NCBI GenBank assembly: GCA_965205975.1
Contig: OZ242195.1
Coordinates: 4,480,001-4,544,000 of the forward strand
Origin: Candidatus Latescibacterota bacterium
GTDB lineage: Bacteria > Latescibacterota > UBA2968
DNA length: 64,000 bases
Direction of reading: 5' to 3'
Made by a program: the position numbers and the translations under genes. The notes under the pieces are model-generated. The model was not told the origin of the DNA. It saw only the letters and a list, made by a program, of their open reading frames with translations, and ran no database searches. Shown here piece after piece: positions 23,184 to 33,575 of the stretch (positions are counted from its first letter, which is position 1; the number at the start of each line of letters is the position of its first letter).

Positions 23184-26100
23184 TTAAACTGTAGCTCCGG
23201 CGAGCATCATCTGTCCTTTTTCCGTGTACTGCGCCTTATCTTCTGGTGCTACGGTGCGCCAGATCAGGAATTGTTTGCGCAACGCGTTCATAAAATTCTT
23301 GTTGACCCGCCGCCATGACGAGGCATCGCCCGATAGCCGATCTATGGTCAATGTCATGGCAAAAATATTGTGTTCACCTGTGGGTATCGCTTCAAAATGC
23401 ACCTGCTGGCTCACGCCCAGATCATAAGGTGCCAACCAGATTGTTGTGTCAATTGTGTGTCCCTGTCCAGTTGCGGTTTCAACTGAGCCGAGTCGCGCGC
23501 CATCTGTGTAAAATGTGCCCAGACTCTCACCTGCATGCGCTTGGAAATAATCGACGAGGAACACGGACAGGCCAAATACGTCTTTGCCGCCTACGGTAAA
23601 TGGAAATTCAAAATGCCAGCGGTCACCATCTGGATCGGGGAATTTCCATCGGCGCGTTACGTCGGGGACAGCCATCAGGGATGCCTGACGCGCGGGATAG
23701 AGCGACGAGAGCAAAACCACCAGCATGACCAGCATTGAGGATGTTACGGTCGAGAGTGCCGAATAATTTACGGTAAGCCCTTGTAAGGCATCTTGCCACA
23801 GTAAAATTTTGACGACACTCTGTCCCAAAAGATACCCGCCAACGGTTCCCAAAACAGCGTAAACACATGCTTCGGCGATAAATAAGAAGGCGATGTGTAC
23901 AGGTGCTAATCCCACGGAGGAATAGATGCCGATTTCGCGAAAGCGCTCGTACACCGATCCCATCATGGTATTGAGCACGATCAGCGCGGCGACCAAAATG
24001 GGGATAAACAAATTGGCCATGCCCTGCAAAGATGTATTGCCCAGGGAACTGTAAACCGCGACGCGTATGCCGCCATCTGCTGTTGGGATGCCTGCAAATA
24101 ATACCACTGATAACCGGGATAAAAAGGACTTGATCTCGGCTTCGACATCTACCTCTTCGTGAAATCGCACGGCTACGGACTGCAGTGGACTGCCCACATC
24201 GCGCAACAGGGCATAGGGTACGATCAAAATATCATCGGGATCCAGATGTTCAAATGGCATGGTCTCGACTTCGGGGCGCTCTAATCCCTGCCGTTCGCGG
24301 GTCTCAGTCTGGGACATGACGGTAATAAATTCGTCTTCGGTGACTTGAAAATCTGCCGGCGTTATCTGTTCTTCATCCAGATCGACAAATCGACGCATTT
24401 TTTCAGAGTCGATCAGTCCAATTACTGTGAGTCTTTTGCCAAAAAGGCGGATGTACGCCGTGCCGACATCTTGTTCTGTTATACCCAGGGTCTCCGCTAC
24501 TTGATCGGGCAAAATACAGGCAGACTCACCCGGTTGAAACCAGCGTCCGATTCGCAGCAGGGTATCGATCTGCGTCACCTGGGCTTCTTCGGGTGACGCC
24601 CCCAGGATTCCCTGGACGCGCGAATTTTTCTCCCCATAACGCAATACGGCTTTTGATTTTTTGTCTTCTCTTGTGGCAACATACCAGCTTCGGGGGGTTA
24701 CGGTGCCTCTGTCTTTGAAATTTATTCGCGCATAATCATAAGCCGTGTCTTCCAGTGGTCCCCAGAATTTGCTTCTGATCAGTATGCCGGGATACGCGCC
24801 TTCTGTATCGCGTTGAAGTTGGTGAAATTCCAATGCGGATTTGATAGAGGTAAAAGATAGCACGGTAAATGTCAGCAATACCAGGGTTGCAAATGTCAAC
24901 CAGGTGCGTAGTTTGCGCTTTTTCATATTGGCAATGCCCAGTTGAAATGCCGCCACTGATGCGCTGACCCGTCCTACATCGGTTTCGTGCAATAATACTT
25001 CAGCGCTGCGGAGTCGCCGGATGTTCTCGTTGAATCGGCCCGATAAAATCGAGATCACAAAAATCGCCAGTGCCAAAATTACAAAAGCCAGCAAAATTAC
25101 AAAGGGATTGGAGAGGTCAAATGCGGGGTGTACCTGGGAGAGAAATATCCAGATGATGACAAAGACCAGGCCGATTCCGCCGATTTGCATTCGAATATCG
25201 GAAAATGTAAAGATCAATCGCTCGAGAAAAAATGCACAGGGGATGACGAGTAACATGAAGAAAATCACGCCGCGGATCACATCGTTTTGCGTTGTTTTTA
25301 CGTCTGGATATGCCCGCGATTCAATGCCCATGCCCGCGCGCGTGTGTTTTACAAAAGCATCCCATTGCTTTTCCTGCAGTGCGGTTTCTGCTTCGTCCAG
25401 GTGTTGTTTTGCCTGCGCGTGCAATACTTCCAGTCGCTGGTTTTCGATTGAGTACTGGCGCAGTTTTCGCATGCGCGACTCGTTCAACATCCACATATCT
25501 CGCGCTGCCTGATAGGGCGTGCGGATTAAGGATCCCGATGACAGGGTTTGAAATCCCTCACCCCGGGCATCCCACTCGGTGTCTGCGCTTTTTGCGTTGA
25601 GCAACAAATAGCGCACGCCAATAGCGCCTGCGCGCATGGCTATTTTCACTTTTTCACCCGGGGATGTATAGACTACGCCGACGGGTTCGTCTGGCCCAAA
25701 TCCGATGTCATAACCGTATTCTTGCGGTGCGGTATTGCCCACGCCATAGACGCTGATATTGGATAGTGTGTTCAAATATCGAGGATCGACTGTGCCGTAA
25801 AAATCGGTTGCCACGCAGGGGAATAGGATGACGGTTTGCTTTGTGATCCACCAGTTCATGTTGAAATGACCGCTGTAAATTTTACCCTGCCGTCCCTGGT
25901 TGGGCGCGTACGTGATTTCACCGCTGTGCGGATCAATATAGTACGCCCGCACGTGTACGCGGCGCTCAGCTACGCCCGGGATATAGTATTCGCCGTTTTC
26001 ATCTGCGAGGTCGTAGTAAATGCGCCGCACGCCTTTGATTGATTTTTCCAGGCCCATGCGCATGGCGGCTATTGCACCTGGTCGCGATTTGTCGGGTGTG

Positions 26101-27710
26101 ATACTGCGCCGAGGGAAGGTGCGTACATATCCTTTTAGGCCGCGCATACGGTCGGTGGGATCCAGTTTGTAATCGGGCAAAAATTCTTCGCTATTGAAGG
26201 ATATATCCAGCATGCCCGCGAGTACGCGAATCTGTTTGGTCAGGTTGGTGTAGTTTATATACTCAGCCCGGTCCAGAGGGGTATCTACGCGGAATCGCGC
26301 GTCGTTCACGGTTGTCAATGACAGTGCCGGGGTGCCGGCATAGAGTACGACTTCGCTGTCGCTTTTGATATTTTCGCCGGGGATGTACATGTCCCAGGTC
26401 ATGCCGCCTTTGGGGTTGATGCCATCGACCATGACGTCATTTGACGGCACGCCCATGCCTTCGGCAATGGCGGTTGCATAGCGTACAAAGGATTTGCTAA
26501 ATGTGGCAAAAAATCGCGTGGAGAAGTAATTGACAGCAGTATTGACGCCAAATCCCGCTGTTTGGGTCGATACGCCTATTTCGTCTGTTTGGCTCGAGAG
26601 ATCCAGGCCGATGAACAGGTCGATATCAATGGGTTCGGTCATGAGTGCGGCAAAGTGCTCTTCTTTGCGCGAGTGCCGGTTCAGGAAGTCGCATATACCC
26701 CGGAATCCCAGGTGGTGTGCGGAGGATGCGAGGAAGAGTACGGTGTATTTGGGACGATGTGCTTGAAAATATTCAGCGAGGCGCATGAGTGCGACGATGC
26801 CACACGCCATTTCAGCGCCGGGTGCCTGTGCGGGTACGACAGACATGGCGTCGTAGTAGGCGTTGATGACTACGATTTTTTTCTTCATTACTGGATCCGA
26901 TCCTTCGATCCAGCCCAATACGTTGGCTGCGTCGTCTTTCTTCCAGGGCATCCGGGATTCGAGTTGTACTTCTATTTCGCCCTGGTCTGCCAACAGAGTG
27001 CGTAACTTCTCACCGCGTTCGCGGTCGATCCAGAATCGCTCTACAGTGTTGGGTACTTGCAAAAATTTTGTTTCGGCCTGTGTATAAGATGTGGTGTCTG
27101 GTGCGATGAAAATGATTTGCTGCGCGCCCAGAACAGCGGCGTTAAGCCATTTGTTCCAGGTGTTAAAGTTCAGGAGGACGACTGTGTTTTCTACATTTTT
27201 GCCGTCGTATGCCTTAAATTCGCCGTCGCCGCCGTCGATCAGGCGCGTTCGCACACCGCCCGGTGGCAAGGTGGAGGTTTTCACGAGGTTGGGCCATAGT
27301 CCGGAGAGCGGATATACTTCGCCGGAGGAGAGGATGGTTAATTGGCTGCCTTCATCTACGGGTGAGGTTACGCCATAGGTTTCTGTTTCTACATTTTTTA
27401 GATCCAGCGCCCGGAAGCGTTGTTCGATAAATTTCGCGGCGGCATCGTGTCCTGGATAGCCGGGTACGCGAGATTTATATTGGGTAAAGGTCGCCATTAA
27501 TGCGCGTACTTCGGCTTCTGTGATTTCGCGTTTTACGCGATCAGCTACGACTTCAGCACCCGGTACAGGGGCTGGTTCTACGGGTTCGGGGGGGGTTAAT
27601 CCCAGCACATTACGTAGCAATGGGTTGACCATATCGGGTCCTAAAATGACCGCGCCAAACCCAAATACGGCAACCCCGATTATTGCCAACCAACCGATGC
27701 GACGATACAT
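23184..27710 (-). CDS. Large membrane protein: M28-peptidase-like/PA extracytoplasmic domain fused to a MacB/FtsX-type ABC permease
   Basis: Likely start ATG 27710 (SD AAGGA). N-terminal TM; SRVPGYPGHDAAAKFI, NVLGWIEG, INAYYD (M28 fold); TM block; NMKKRKLRTWLT; GRWF (MacB periplasmic domain); NTMMGSVYERFREIGIYSSVGL and YPARQAS (FtsX). Confidence 0.85.
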   Translation of the reverse strand: MYRRIGWLAIIGVAVFGFGAVILGPDMVNPLLRNVLGLTPPEPVEPAPVPGAEVVADRVKREITEAEVRALMATFTQYKSRVPGYPGHDAAAKFIEQRFRALDLKNVETETYGVTSPVDEGSQLTILSSGEVYPLSGLWPNLVKTSTLPPGGVRTRLIDGGDGEFKAYDGKNVENTVVLLNFNTWNKWLNAAVLGAQQIIFIAPDTTSYTQAETKFLQVPNTVERFWIDRERGEKLRTLLADQGEIEVQLESRMPWKKDDAANVLGWIEGSDPVMKKKIVVINAYYDAMSVVPAQAPGAEMACGIVALMRLAEYFQAHRPKYTVLFLASSAHHLGFRGICDFLNRHSRKEEHFAALMTEPIDIDLFIGLDLSSQTDEIGVSTQTAGFGVNTAVNYFSTRFFATFSKSFVRYATAIAEGMGVPSNDVMVDGINPKGGMTWDMYIPGENIKSDSEVVLYAGTPALSLTTVNDARFRVDTPLDRAEYINYTNLTKQIRVLAGMLDISFNSEEFLPDYKLDPTDRMRGLKGYVRTFPRRSITPDKSRPGAIAAMRMGLEKSIKGVRRIYYDLADENGEYYIPGVAERRVHVRAYYIDPHSGEITYAPNQGRQGKIYSGHFNMNWWITKQTVILFPCVATDFYGTVDPRYLNTLSNISVYGVGNTAPQEYGYDIGFGPDEPVGVVYTSPGEKVKIAMRAGAIGVRYLLLNAKSADTEWDARGEGFQTLSSGSLIRTPYQAARDMWMLNESRMRKLRQYSIENQRLEVLHAQAKQHLDEAETALQEKQWDAFVKHTRAGMGIESRAYPDVKTTQNDVIRGVIFFMLLVIPCAFFLERLIFTFSDIRMQIGGIGLVFVIIWIFLSQVHPAFDLSNPFVILLAFVILALAIFVISILSGRFNENIRRLRSAEVLLHETDVGRVSASVAAFQLGIANMKKRKLRTWLTFATLVLLTFTVLSFTSIKSALEFHQLQRDTEGAYPGILIRSKFWGPLEDTAYDYARINFKDRGTVTPRSWYVATREDKKSKAVLRYGEKNSRVQGILGASPEEAQVTQIDTLLRIGRWFQPGESACILPDQVAETLGITEQDVGTAYIRLFGKRLTVIGLIDSEKMRRFVDLDEEQITPADFQVTEDEFITVMSQTETRERQGLERPEVETMPFEHLDPDDILIVPYALLRDVGSPLQSVAVRFHEEVDVEAEIKSFLSRLSVVLFAGIPTADGGIRVAVYSSLGNTSLQGMANLFIPILVAALIVLNTMMGSVYERFREIGIYSSVGLAPVHIAFLFIAEACVYAVLGTVGGYLLGQSVVKILLWQDALQGLTVNYSALSTVTSSMLVMLVVLLSSLYPARQASLMAVPDVTRRWKFPDPDGDRWHFEFPFTVGGKDVFGLSVFLVDYFQAHAGESLGTFYTDGARLGSVETATGQGHTIDTTIWLAPYDLGVSQQVHFEAIPTGEHNIFAMTLTIDRLSGDASSWRRVNKNFMNALRKQFLIWRTVAPEDKAQYTEKGQMMLAGATV

Positions 27711-27926
27711 GGAGGGTCCTTTCAAGAGATCATGCAATCCAAAAATCAAACACTATCATGCATAAAAAGACAACTTCTGCCAAATAAAATTAAGGCTACT
27801 AACCTTTATAAAAAAGGCAGTCCAGGTCGCGTGATGATCCGTGCGAACAAGTCTGCCTTATTTACCAACGTCTGAGATTATTCCTCAGAACCTAGTTCCT
27901 CCAGTAATCTGGTTGGGGTGCATCAC

Positions 27927-28328
27927 CTATGACACCATTGTGGATATAGCTGCAGTTTGTGGCTCTGTATCGATGTTGTCATCTGAAAAGCTGACAACGT
28001 TAAAGGTTTCTGGATCAAATTCTGACTCTCGGCGAACTAACTCGCTGAATGAGACGAATTGAACAAGCAGTCCCACATCAAATGCTGCACAAAGTTTGTG
28101 CAATATTTGTACTGATGGTGGGTCACTATCAGGGTCTTCCAATTCGGCTATTTGGCTCTCGGGAATGCCACTGTTCTTTGCAAGATCCGCTTGTGTCCAC
28201 CCTCTCGCCCTCCGAAGTGCTCGGATTTGGAAAGGTACCTCAATTTCAAACTGTCCCTCGACGTAACCTTCCCGATATTCCTTATTTTGCAGTTCTTCCC
28301 AAAGTTCAGAGCTTGAATTCAAGTTCAT
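27927..28328 (-). CDS. XRE/HTH_3 transcriptional regulator, HigA-like antitoxin
   Basis: QIRALRRARGWTQADLAKNSGIPESQIAELE...PSVQILHKLCAAFD; overlaps the upstream toxin-like gene by 23 nt. Confidence 0.8.
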   Translation of the reverse strand: MNLNSSSELWEELQNKEYREGYVEGQFEIEVPFQIRALRRARGWTQADLAKNSGIPESQIAELEDPDSDPPSVQILHKLCAAFDVGLLVQFVSFSELVRRESEFDPETFNVVSFSDDNIDTEPQTAAISTMVS

Positions 28329-28671
28329 GAGCTTCTCCCCTTTGTATTTCGGAGTGACGTGTTACCGCTGTCTTATATGCGTTTGGTGGTTTATATATGT
28401 TGTCTTTATGAGTAAAACCACACAAAAATGTTACTCGCCTTAACGATGGAAAGTAACAGAATATTCGATGTGGTACACGGTGTTCACCGGGCCAACGCGC
28501 TTCGTGCAGTGCTTGAAATTTGCCAAAATAAGGTCTTTGAGGTTGAGTAAGCTGTTTTACAATACGCAAATACCGTTTAAGACGCGATTTGTTGTTTGGA
28601 GATAATCTATGATACCAGTCAGATACAGGAAGCCTACCCTGTTTACTTTGATATTCCTGGAAATACCACAC
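28306..28671 (-). CDS. RelE/HigB-like (Gp49/DUF891-type) toxin
   Basis: Basic 121-aa protein: Y.S.QGR.PV.DW, LHEARW, HRIFCYF, VTFLCGFTHK; GTG start with SD; upstream of an HTH gene. Confidence 0.7.
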   Translation of the reverse strand: MWYFQEYQSKQGRLPVSDWYHRLSPNNKSRLKRYLRIVKQLTQPQRPYFGKFQALHEARWPGEHRVPHRIFCYFPSLRRVTFLCGFTHKDNIYKPPNAYKTAVTRHSEIQRGEAHELEFKL

Positions 28672-28801
28672 ATCTACCCCTCTTCACAGTCCCATAAGTG
28701 TACAAAGTAAAATTAAACGATGACAAGATGACATAAATTAGCCAAGCGCATATCTGAAAGCAAGGGAATAAATCTCGACAGGCTACAACATCACCCCTCA
28801 A

Positions 28802-31147
28802 TTATTGTTCCATACTTCTTTCTATGGCCCTTTGGTGTCTGTCTGAAAGAGATTCTTCCTCTCGCTTTGTTACGCGTTCATTGATTTCATTTTTGTTTAA
28901 AATAAAAAGGGCTTCTTGAGAGCTTGTTTGCTGGCTTATCAAATCGTGAACCTCAACTGCAAGCTGATATAGACCCGGTTTTAATTTTTTTGTATCCAAT
29001 TCAATATATATCGGTTCTGTGGTGCTGTTTCCATTATGGTCAGAACTAATCGAGATCTCTGGCTTTTGGTCGGTAACCAATTTGTCCATAAAAGATGATA
29101 TGCTGCCCAATAGACTGGCATTTTTTCTTTTATCTTCCCAGATCGTGTATTTAATGTGGTATTTCGTTTGACCAAATGCATCTTTTTGCAAATTGTAAAT
29201 TTCATAATAGACATTGACGGCCTGATTTCTGAGATAATTTCGCGTGGGCATGGGAATGACCCAAACATCGCCCTTTTGAAACTTGTATGATTGGGGTTCG
29301 GTGAAGATGTGATAGGCCATTTCAATATCGCTTATGCTCAGTGAATCGACAGCGTAATTCGGGATGTGAATTTGCTGTTGATAGAACCCCCATTTGCCAG
29401 AATTTTGATCCGCGAGATGAACGATGAGTCGATAATCCCCCGGTAGAGCTTTAAGAGACATCGCATCAATGGCGATACCACCTTGCGTACTTGACAGTGA
29501 TACAGTGTGTTGAGCGCTGTTGATGACTGTGCCTTCGTCATTCACAAGAGATGCCGTCCAGTTCACAAGTGCAAGAGTTGTTGAGGTATCATTTGGGGCA
29601 AAAATATCCTTTGGCAATAATCCGAGATAAATATTCTGATCTGTTTCGAGGTTCTTTCCCCGGAATGTCGCCAGGTCATAGTAAAAGTCCAAAATTTCAG
29701 TGCCGGGTATTCCATTATAAAAATCAGGCGTCTCTTTGGCATGGTGCCCAATAATAACTTGAGGATGGAAGTTTTGTGACGCTACTGCTAAAAGAGGACT
29801 CTTGGGAGGGAGCGGATAATCCCAACTGCCATTCATGAAGTGATCTGTAAATACAATTTCTATGCCTTTGCCAATACCGAGATAAATCCACGATTCCCAG
29901 GGAAATCTGGGCGAACCATCGGGATGGCGATCTATGGGATAAATGGGATCTGTCAGGGCACCTTTGCTCTGCTTGCGCTTCAAGGTGTTCCATTCGGGAA
30001 CTTGCTCTACGCGATTAGCCCTTTGCAAATTCAAAGCAAGTTCGTAAGCCAATCTTTCTTTTACAAATTCAACAGATAGGGGGGGAACTCTGCCTCCATA
30101 ACGCCCGCCAAATTTGTAATCCGGTTCACCAAACTTGATATACACCTCGCCGCGTCGATCCCAAGGGTGTTTACCATTAAAAAACTGGCGTGCATACCAT
30201 ACTCTTCTATAGTGTTCTACTTTTCTGATATTGGCCCCTGCACGCAATAAGGGGTCTCGCTTTTTCCAAAACTCATTTATGAACTGTCCTCGTTCTTCTT
30301 CTTTTAAGCTGCTAAAGGTATTTTGTTCTTCGGGCGACATCATCAATGTGATATTATCGTAATATCTGCGCTCATCTTCTGGTATTAGACGCAGGAATTT
30401 TTGAAATAAATAATCAGCCACCTTTACTTCACCCATGGCTGCGTAGGCTTGCGCCTGAAGCGGTAACCAATTGTCCTTGTCCGCGTGACTTGCCGGTAAT
30501 TGTTCAATAATCTCCAAAATCAGCTTGTATCGATAGTCCTTTGCGTAATTCAGTGCCATTTGATACAGAAAGTCCGCATCTTGTGGAACTAACTGAAGAT
30601 AGGACTTAAAATATGCCAGCATTTTCTTTTCGTTTTTTTCTTCGGCGTACCATTCGGCAAGTGCCATATGAGCAGGTGCGTATGATGAATCATCTTTGAC
30701 AATGCCTTTTAGAGTTGATACGGCATCGGTACTTTTGTCCTTCAGTTGCAGATGTGCAATATCCATTTTTACTGCCGTCATATTTGGATCTTTGGCAAGT
30801 GCGCGACGAAAATTATAAAAGGCTTTTTGATGTTTGCCTTTTTGATTGGCGTATGTCAAGCCCAATCCGCGATATGCCTGTGCCGATTTTTTGTAACGAA
30901 TGGCTTTTTTAAATGCTTCTTCAGCTTGCTTGAGGTCTTCTCGCTTCAACGCCAGCCAACCCAATTGCATATAGGCATCTCCGTCTTTGGGATTGTCCTG
31001 TAAATGGGATGTAAGAACCCCAATAGAGTCTGTTAATGCCTCACGATTCAATTGCGCGACATCAAGTGTCTGCCGATCCTCAAGCCCCCATAAGAGTTGC
31101 GGAAATAAGAAGATGCAAAGTATTAACCAATGGTTCTTGCCAATCAT
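28802..31147 (-). CDS. TPR + GWxTD-domain secreted protein (paralogue 5)
   Basis: Signal peptide; TPRs; FWKKRDP, EHYRRVWYA, PWDRRGEVYIKFGEPD, PWESWIY, FTD; C-terminal beta domains with VYYEIYNL.KD.FGQT.Y. Confidence 0.85.
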   Translation of the reverse strand: MIGKNHWLILCIFLFPQLLWGLEDRQTLDVAQLNREALTDSIGVLTSHLQDNPKDGDAYMQLGWLALKREDLKQAEEAFKKAIRYKKSAQAYRGLGLTYANQKGKHQKAFYNFRRALAKDPNMTAVKMDIAHLQLKDKSTDAVSTLKGIVKDDSSYAPAHMALAEWYAEEKNEKKMLAYFKSYLQLVPQDADFLYQMALNYAKDYRYKLILEIIEQLPASHADKDNWLPLQAQAYAAMGEVKVADYLFQKFLRLIPEDERRYYDNITLMMSPEEQNTFSSLKEEERGQFINEFWKKRDPLLRAGANIRKVEHYRRVWYARQFFNGKHPWDRRGEVYIKFGEPDYKFGGRYGGRVPPLSVEFVKERLAYELALNLQRANRVEQVPEWNTLKRKQSKGALTDPIYPIDRHPDGSPRFPWESWIYLGIGKGIEIVFTDHFMNGSWDYPLPPKSPLLAVASQNFHPQVIIGHHAKETPDFYNGIPGTEILDFYYDLATFRGKNLETDQNIYLGLLPKDIFAPNDTSTTLALVNWTASLVNDEGTVINSAQHTVSLSSTQGGIAIDAMSLKALPGDYRLIVHLADQNSGKWGFYQQQIHIPNYAVDSLSISDIEMAYHIFTEPQSYKFQKGDVWVIPMPTRNYLRNQAVNVYYEIYNLQKDAFGQTKYHIKYTIWEDKRKNASLLGSISSFMDKLVTDQKPEISISSDHNGNSTTEPIYIELDTKKLKPGLYQLAVEVHDLISQQTSSQEALFILNKNEINERVTKREEESLSDRHQRAIERSMEQ

Positions 31148-31214
31148 GCGATCCTCCTATTGAAAAATGCTGGACAATCAAATTCAAGTCAGTGTGAAAA
31201 TCAGAGAAGATCAT

Positions 31215-33512
31215 TTACTCTACAACGCGAAAATAAACGTATTTCTTATCCGTCTGCTCAGTCCGCTTGTCCTTCGCCAGCACCGTCAATTGGTAAATCC
31301 CTTCAGGCACCTGGTTCACATCGATCTGCAAATACGTGAAGTCATCTTCTCGATTGCCTTCGTAATCGGCTGTCACGGTGCGCGTCAAATCGCCATGGCG
31401 TGACCGCTCGATCTTCAAGCTCTCAGCAGCGATGTGGTGGACTTGACCGCCGCTCGTATAAACCTTTGTCTCTCCCAACATAAGGCTATCAGCAAACGCT
31501 CTGCTATTCACTTCGCTATCCTCTGACCGTCCGGGTTGCAACCCCTGAGCTTCTGCTGTTTGCCCAATCCGCAGATCAATCTTTGTTTTACCCATCGTCT
31601 CAATCAGATCTTGAGAGGCGAATAAGGTAGGAGACAGGGTATCCACTTCTGGTTTGCCGATGGTGTAAGAAATTTCATACTGCGTGCTGCCAAAAGCGTC
31701 GCGTTGGAGATCATACAGTTCCAGATAGATAAAGACCGATTCAGACGATGAAAATGTGCGAACTGGATTGGGGGTGATGTGCAGATCGTCACGGCTTTCT
31801 GGCAATGCTTTCTTCGCTTGAATATCACTGCCGACGAGCAGATCACTCAGATGAAAGGTCTCCTGGTCATACACAAAGGGTTTTTCATCGCGTGCCACCC
31901 CAATGAGGCCGGATGTTTGATCCAGTAATTCTACCGAAAAATGATAGCTGTCCTGGCGTAGGGATACCGTGCGCGAGATCAACAGGTGATCGTTGCGATG
32001 TTGTGCAGCGGCGTTTGAGGCTGGCTTCTGCGGCGGCAGAGCGAGGATCCTGGATTTGCGGTCGTTATACATATCATTCCACTGCTGATCAAAGAAGAAG
32101 ACACCATCCCAAAAACGCACCTTGCCCGTTCCAGGAATTTCTTTTAATCGGTCTTTTGGAATCATATAGCTGAGTTCGACTCGTATCCTGTTTTGTTCTT
32201 CAAAGGTGGCGATCTGATGGGGAAGGGTGTATTTTCGATTGAGATAGGGATCGACAAAGCGTTGGACTGTTTTTCGGAAGGTGTGATGCGAGGCTTCGTC
32301 GAAGTACCCCGGGTGAAAGCGGGCACCACCTTGTCCTACCTCAAAACCACCACAGAAGCTCCAGCGATCACTGCCGTTCCCGCAATATTCGATCTTGAAT
32401 GTTTCGTAGTACCAGGTTTCCATCATTCTGTGAAATGCCCTATACGGGTCCCCCCCTACAGAAAAGAAAAAGGTTTTTCTACTTCTATATCTTCCAAATT
32501 TGATATAGGTCTTCCCCATATCCGTCTGCCAGCCTTCAACATCATCTGAAAATCGCCTGAATCGCAAATTTGCGTAAGCCATACGGCCAAAGTGCGCCAT
32601 TTTTCTTTCGTTAAATTCTGACAAATAGAGCGGGTCCTGACGCTTCCAAAACATCTCGCGTTCCAAGAGCGCATCTATCGTCTGCGTCGTATCGCGGGAG
32701 GTATGATCTTCTTCGGACACGAGCAGGTCGATAGATTCGAGTAACTCGCGTTCTTCAACACGCATCAAGTCAAGGGCGCGTTGATAGTATTCATGCGAGT
32801 CATCGAATTCGCCAATCTGATAGGCGGCAAGCCCACAGAACAACAGCGCATTTTTGTCATCTGGATGTTGCGCGCGCAGGGCTTGCATCAAGGCATGGAA
32901 GGCATCCCAGTATTTATCTTCAAAGTAAATTATGCCCAAAAAATAATAAGGTTGCTGATTGGTCCCATCTAACCGAATGCTTTTTCGCAAGACCTGAATT
33001 GCCTCTCGTTTCGCTTCCTGGGCAAAACCCCTGAAATCCCGGGTTTGGGAATTATCTTTTGCTCTGAGAAACTCATACACCCAGAACATACCCAGCCTAT
33101 TGAGAACATCTGTATTGTTTGGATCCTTTTTGATCACGTTCTCAAATTGGTGGAATGCGCGGGATCGAAAGCCTTGATGCCACAAAATCTTTCCGCGTAT
33201 CAGCCGATACGCAATATTGTCGGGATCAATTGCGATTGCCTGCTGTATCATCCGCATTGCGCGCTGTCGGCCATTTACGCTGTGGTCCAGCAGATGCAGT
33301 TTGGCCAATTCATTATATGCAGGGGCATAATTTCTGTCTTTGGAAATAATCTCTTCGAAAGCTTTGATACTTTCCTTTTGACTCACCTGACCAATTTGTT
33401 CCAGTGCATTCTGAAACAGCGCGTCTATTGCGGTTTCCCCTCTGGACGTGCCAGGTCCCAAAAGGCAAGCCAACGCGATCAATCCCATGCGAATTGTAAA
33501 TCGCTTCTTCAT
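31215..33512 (-). CDS. TPR + GWxTD-domain secreted protein (paralogue 4, canonical GWxTD motif)
   Basis: Signal peptide; TPRs; FWKRQDP..LSEFNER, GWQTDMGKTYIKFG, ETWYY; C-terminal LSDLL...PNPVRTF...YLELYDL.RD.FG.T.Y. Confidence 0.88.
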   Translation of the reverse strand: MKKRFTIRMGLIALACLLGPGTSRGETAIDALFQNALEQIGQVSQKESIKAFEEIISKDRNYAPAYNELAKLHLLDHSVNGRQRAMRMIQQAIAIDPDNIAYRLIRGKILWHQGFRSRAFHQFENVIKKDPNNTDVLNRLGMFWVYEFLRAKDNSQTRDFRGFAQEAKREAIQVLRKSIRLDGTNQQPYYFLGIIYFEDKYWDAFHALMQALRAQHPDDKNALLFCGLAAYQIGEFDDSHEYYQRALDLMRVEERELLESIDLLVSEEDHTSRDTTQTIDALLEREMFWKRQDPLYLSEFNERKMAHFGRMAYANLRFRRFSDDVEGWQTDMGKTYIKFGRYRSRKTFFFSVGGDPYRAFHRMMETWYYETFKIEYCGNGSDRWSFCGGFEVGQGGARFHPGYFDEASHHTFRKTVQRFVDPYLNRKYTLPHQIATFEEQNRIRVELSYMIPKDRLKEIPGTGKVRFWDGVFFFDQQWNDMYNDRKSRILALPPQKPASNAAAQHRNDHLLISRTVSLRQDSYHFSVELLDQTSGLIGVARDEKPFVYDQETFHLSDLLVGSDIQAKKALPESRDDLHITPNPVRTFSSSESVFIYLELYDLQRDAFGSTQYEISYTIGKPEVDTLSPTLFASQDLIETMGKTKIDLRIGQTAEAQGLQPGRSEDSEVNSRAFADSLMLGETKVYTSGGQVHHIAAESLKIERSRHGDLTRTVTADYEGNREDDFTYLQIDVNQVPEGIYQLTVLAKDKRTEQTDKKYVYFRVVE

Positions 33513-33575
33513 AGCACATCCCTTTCTGTCTCAGTGGGGAAGGCGTGAACAAAAACAAAGGACGTGGTTTTTTGA

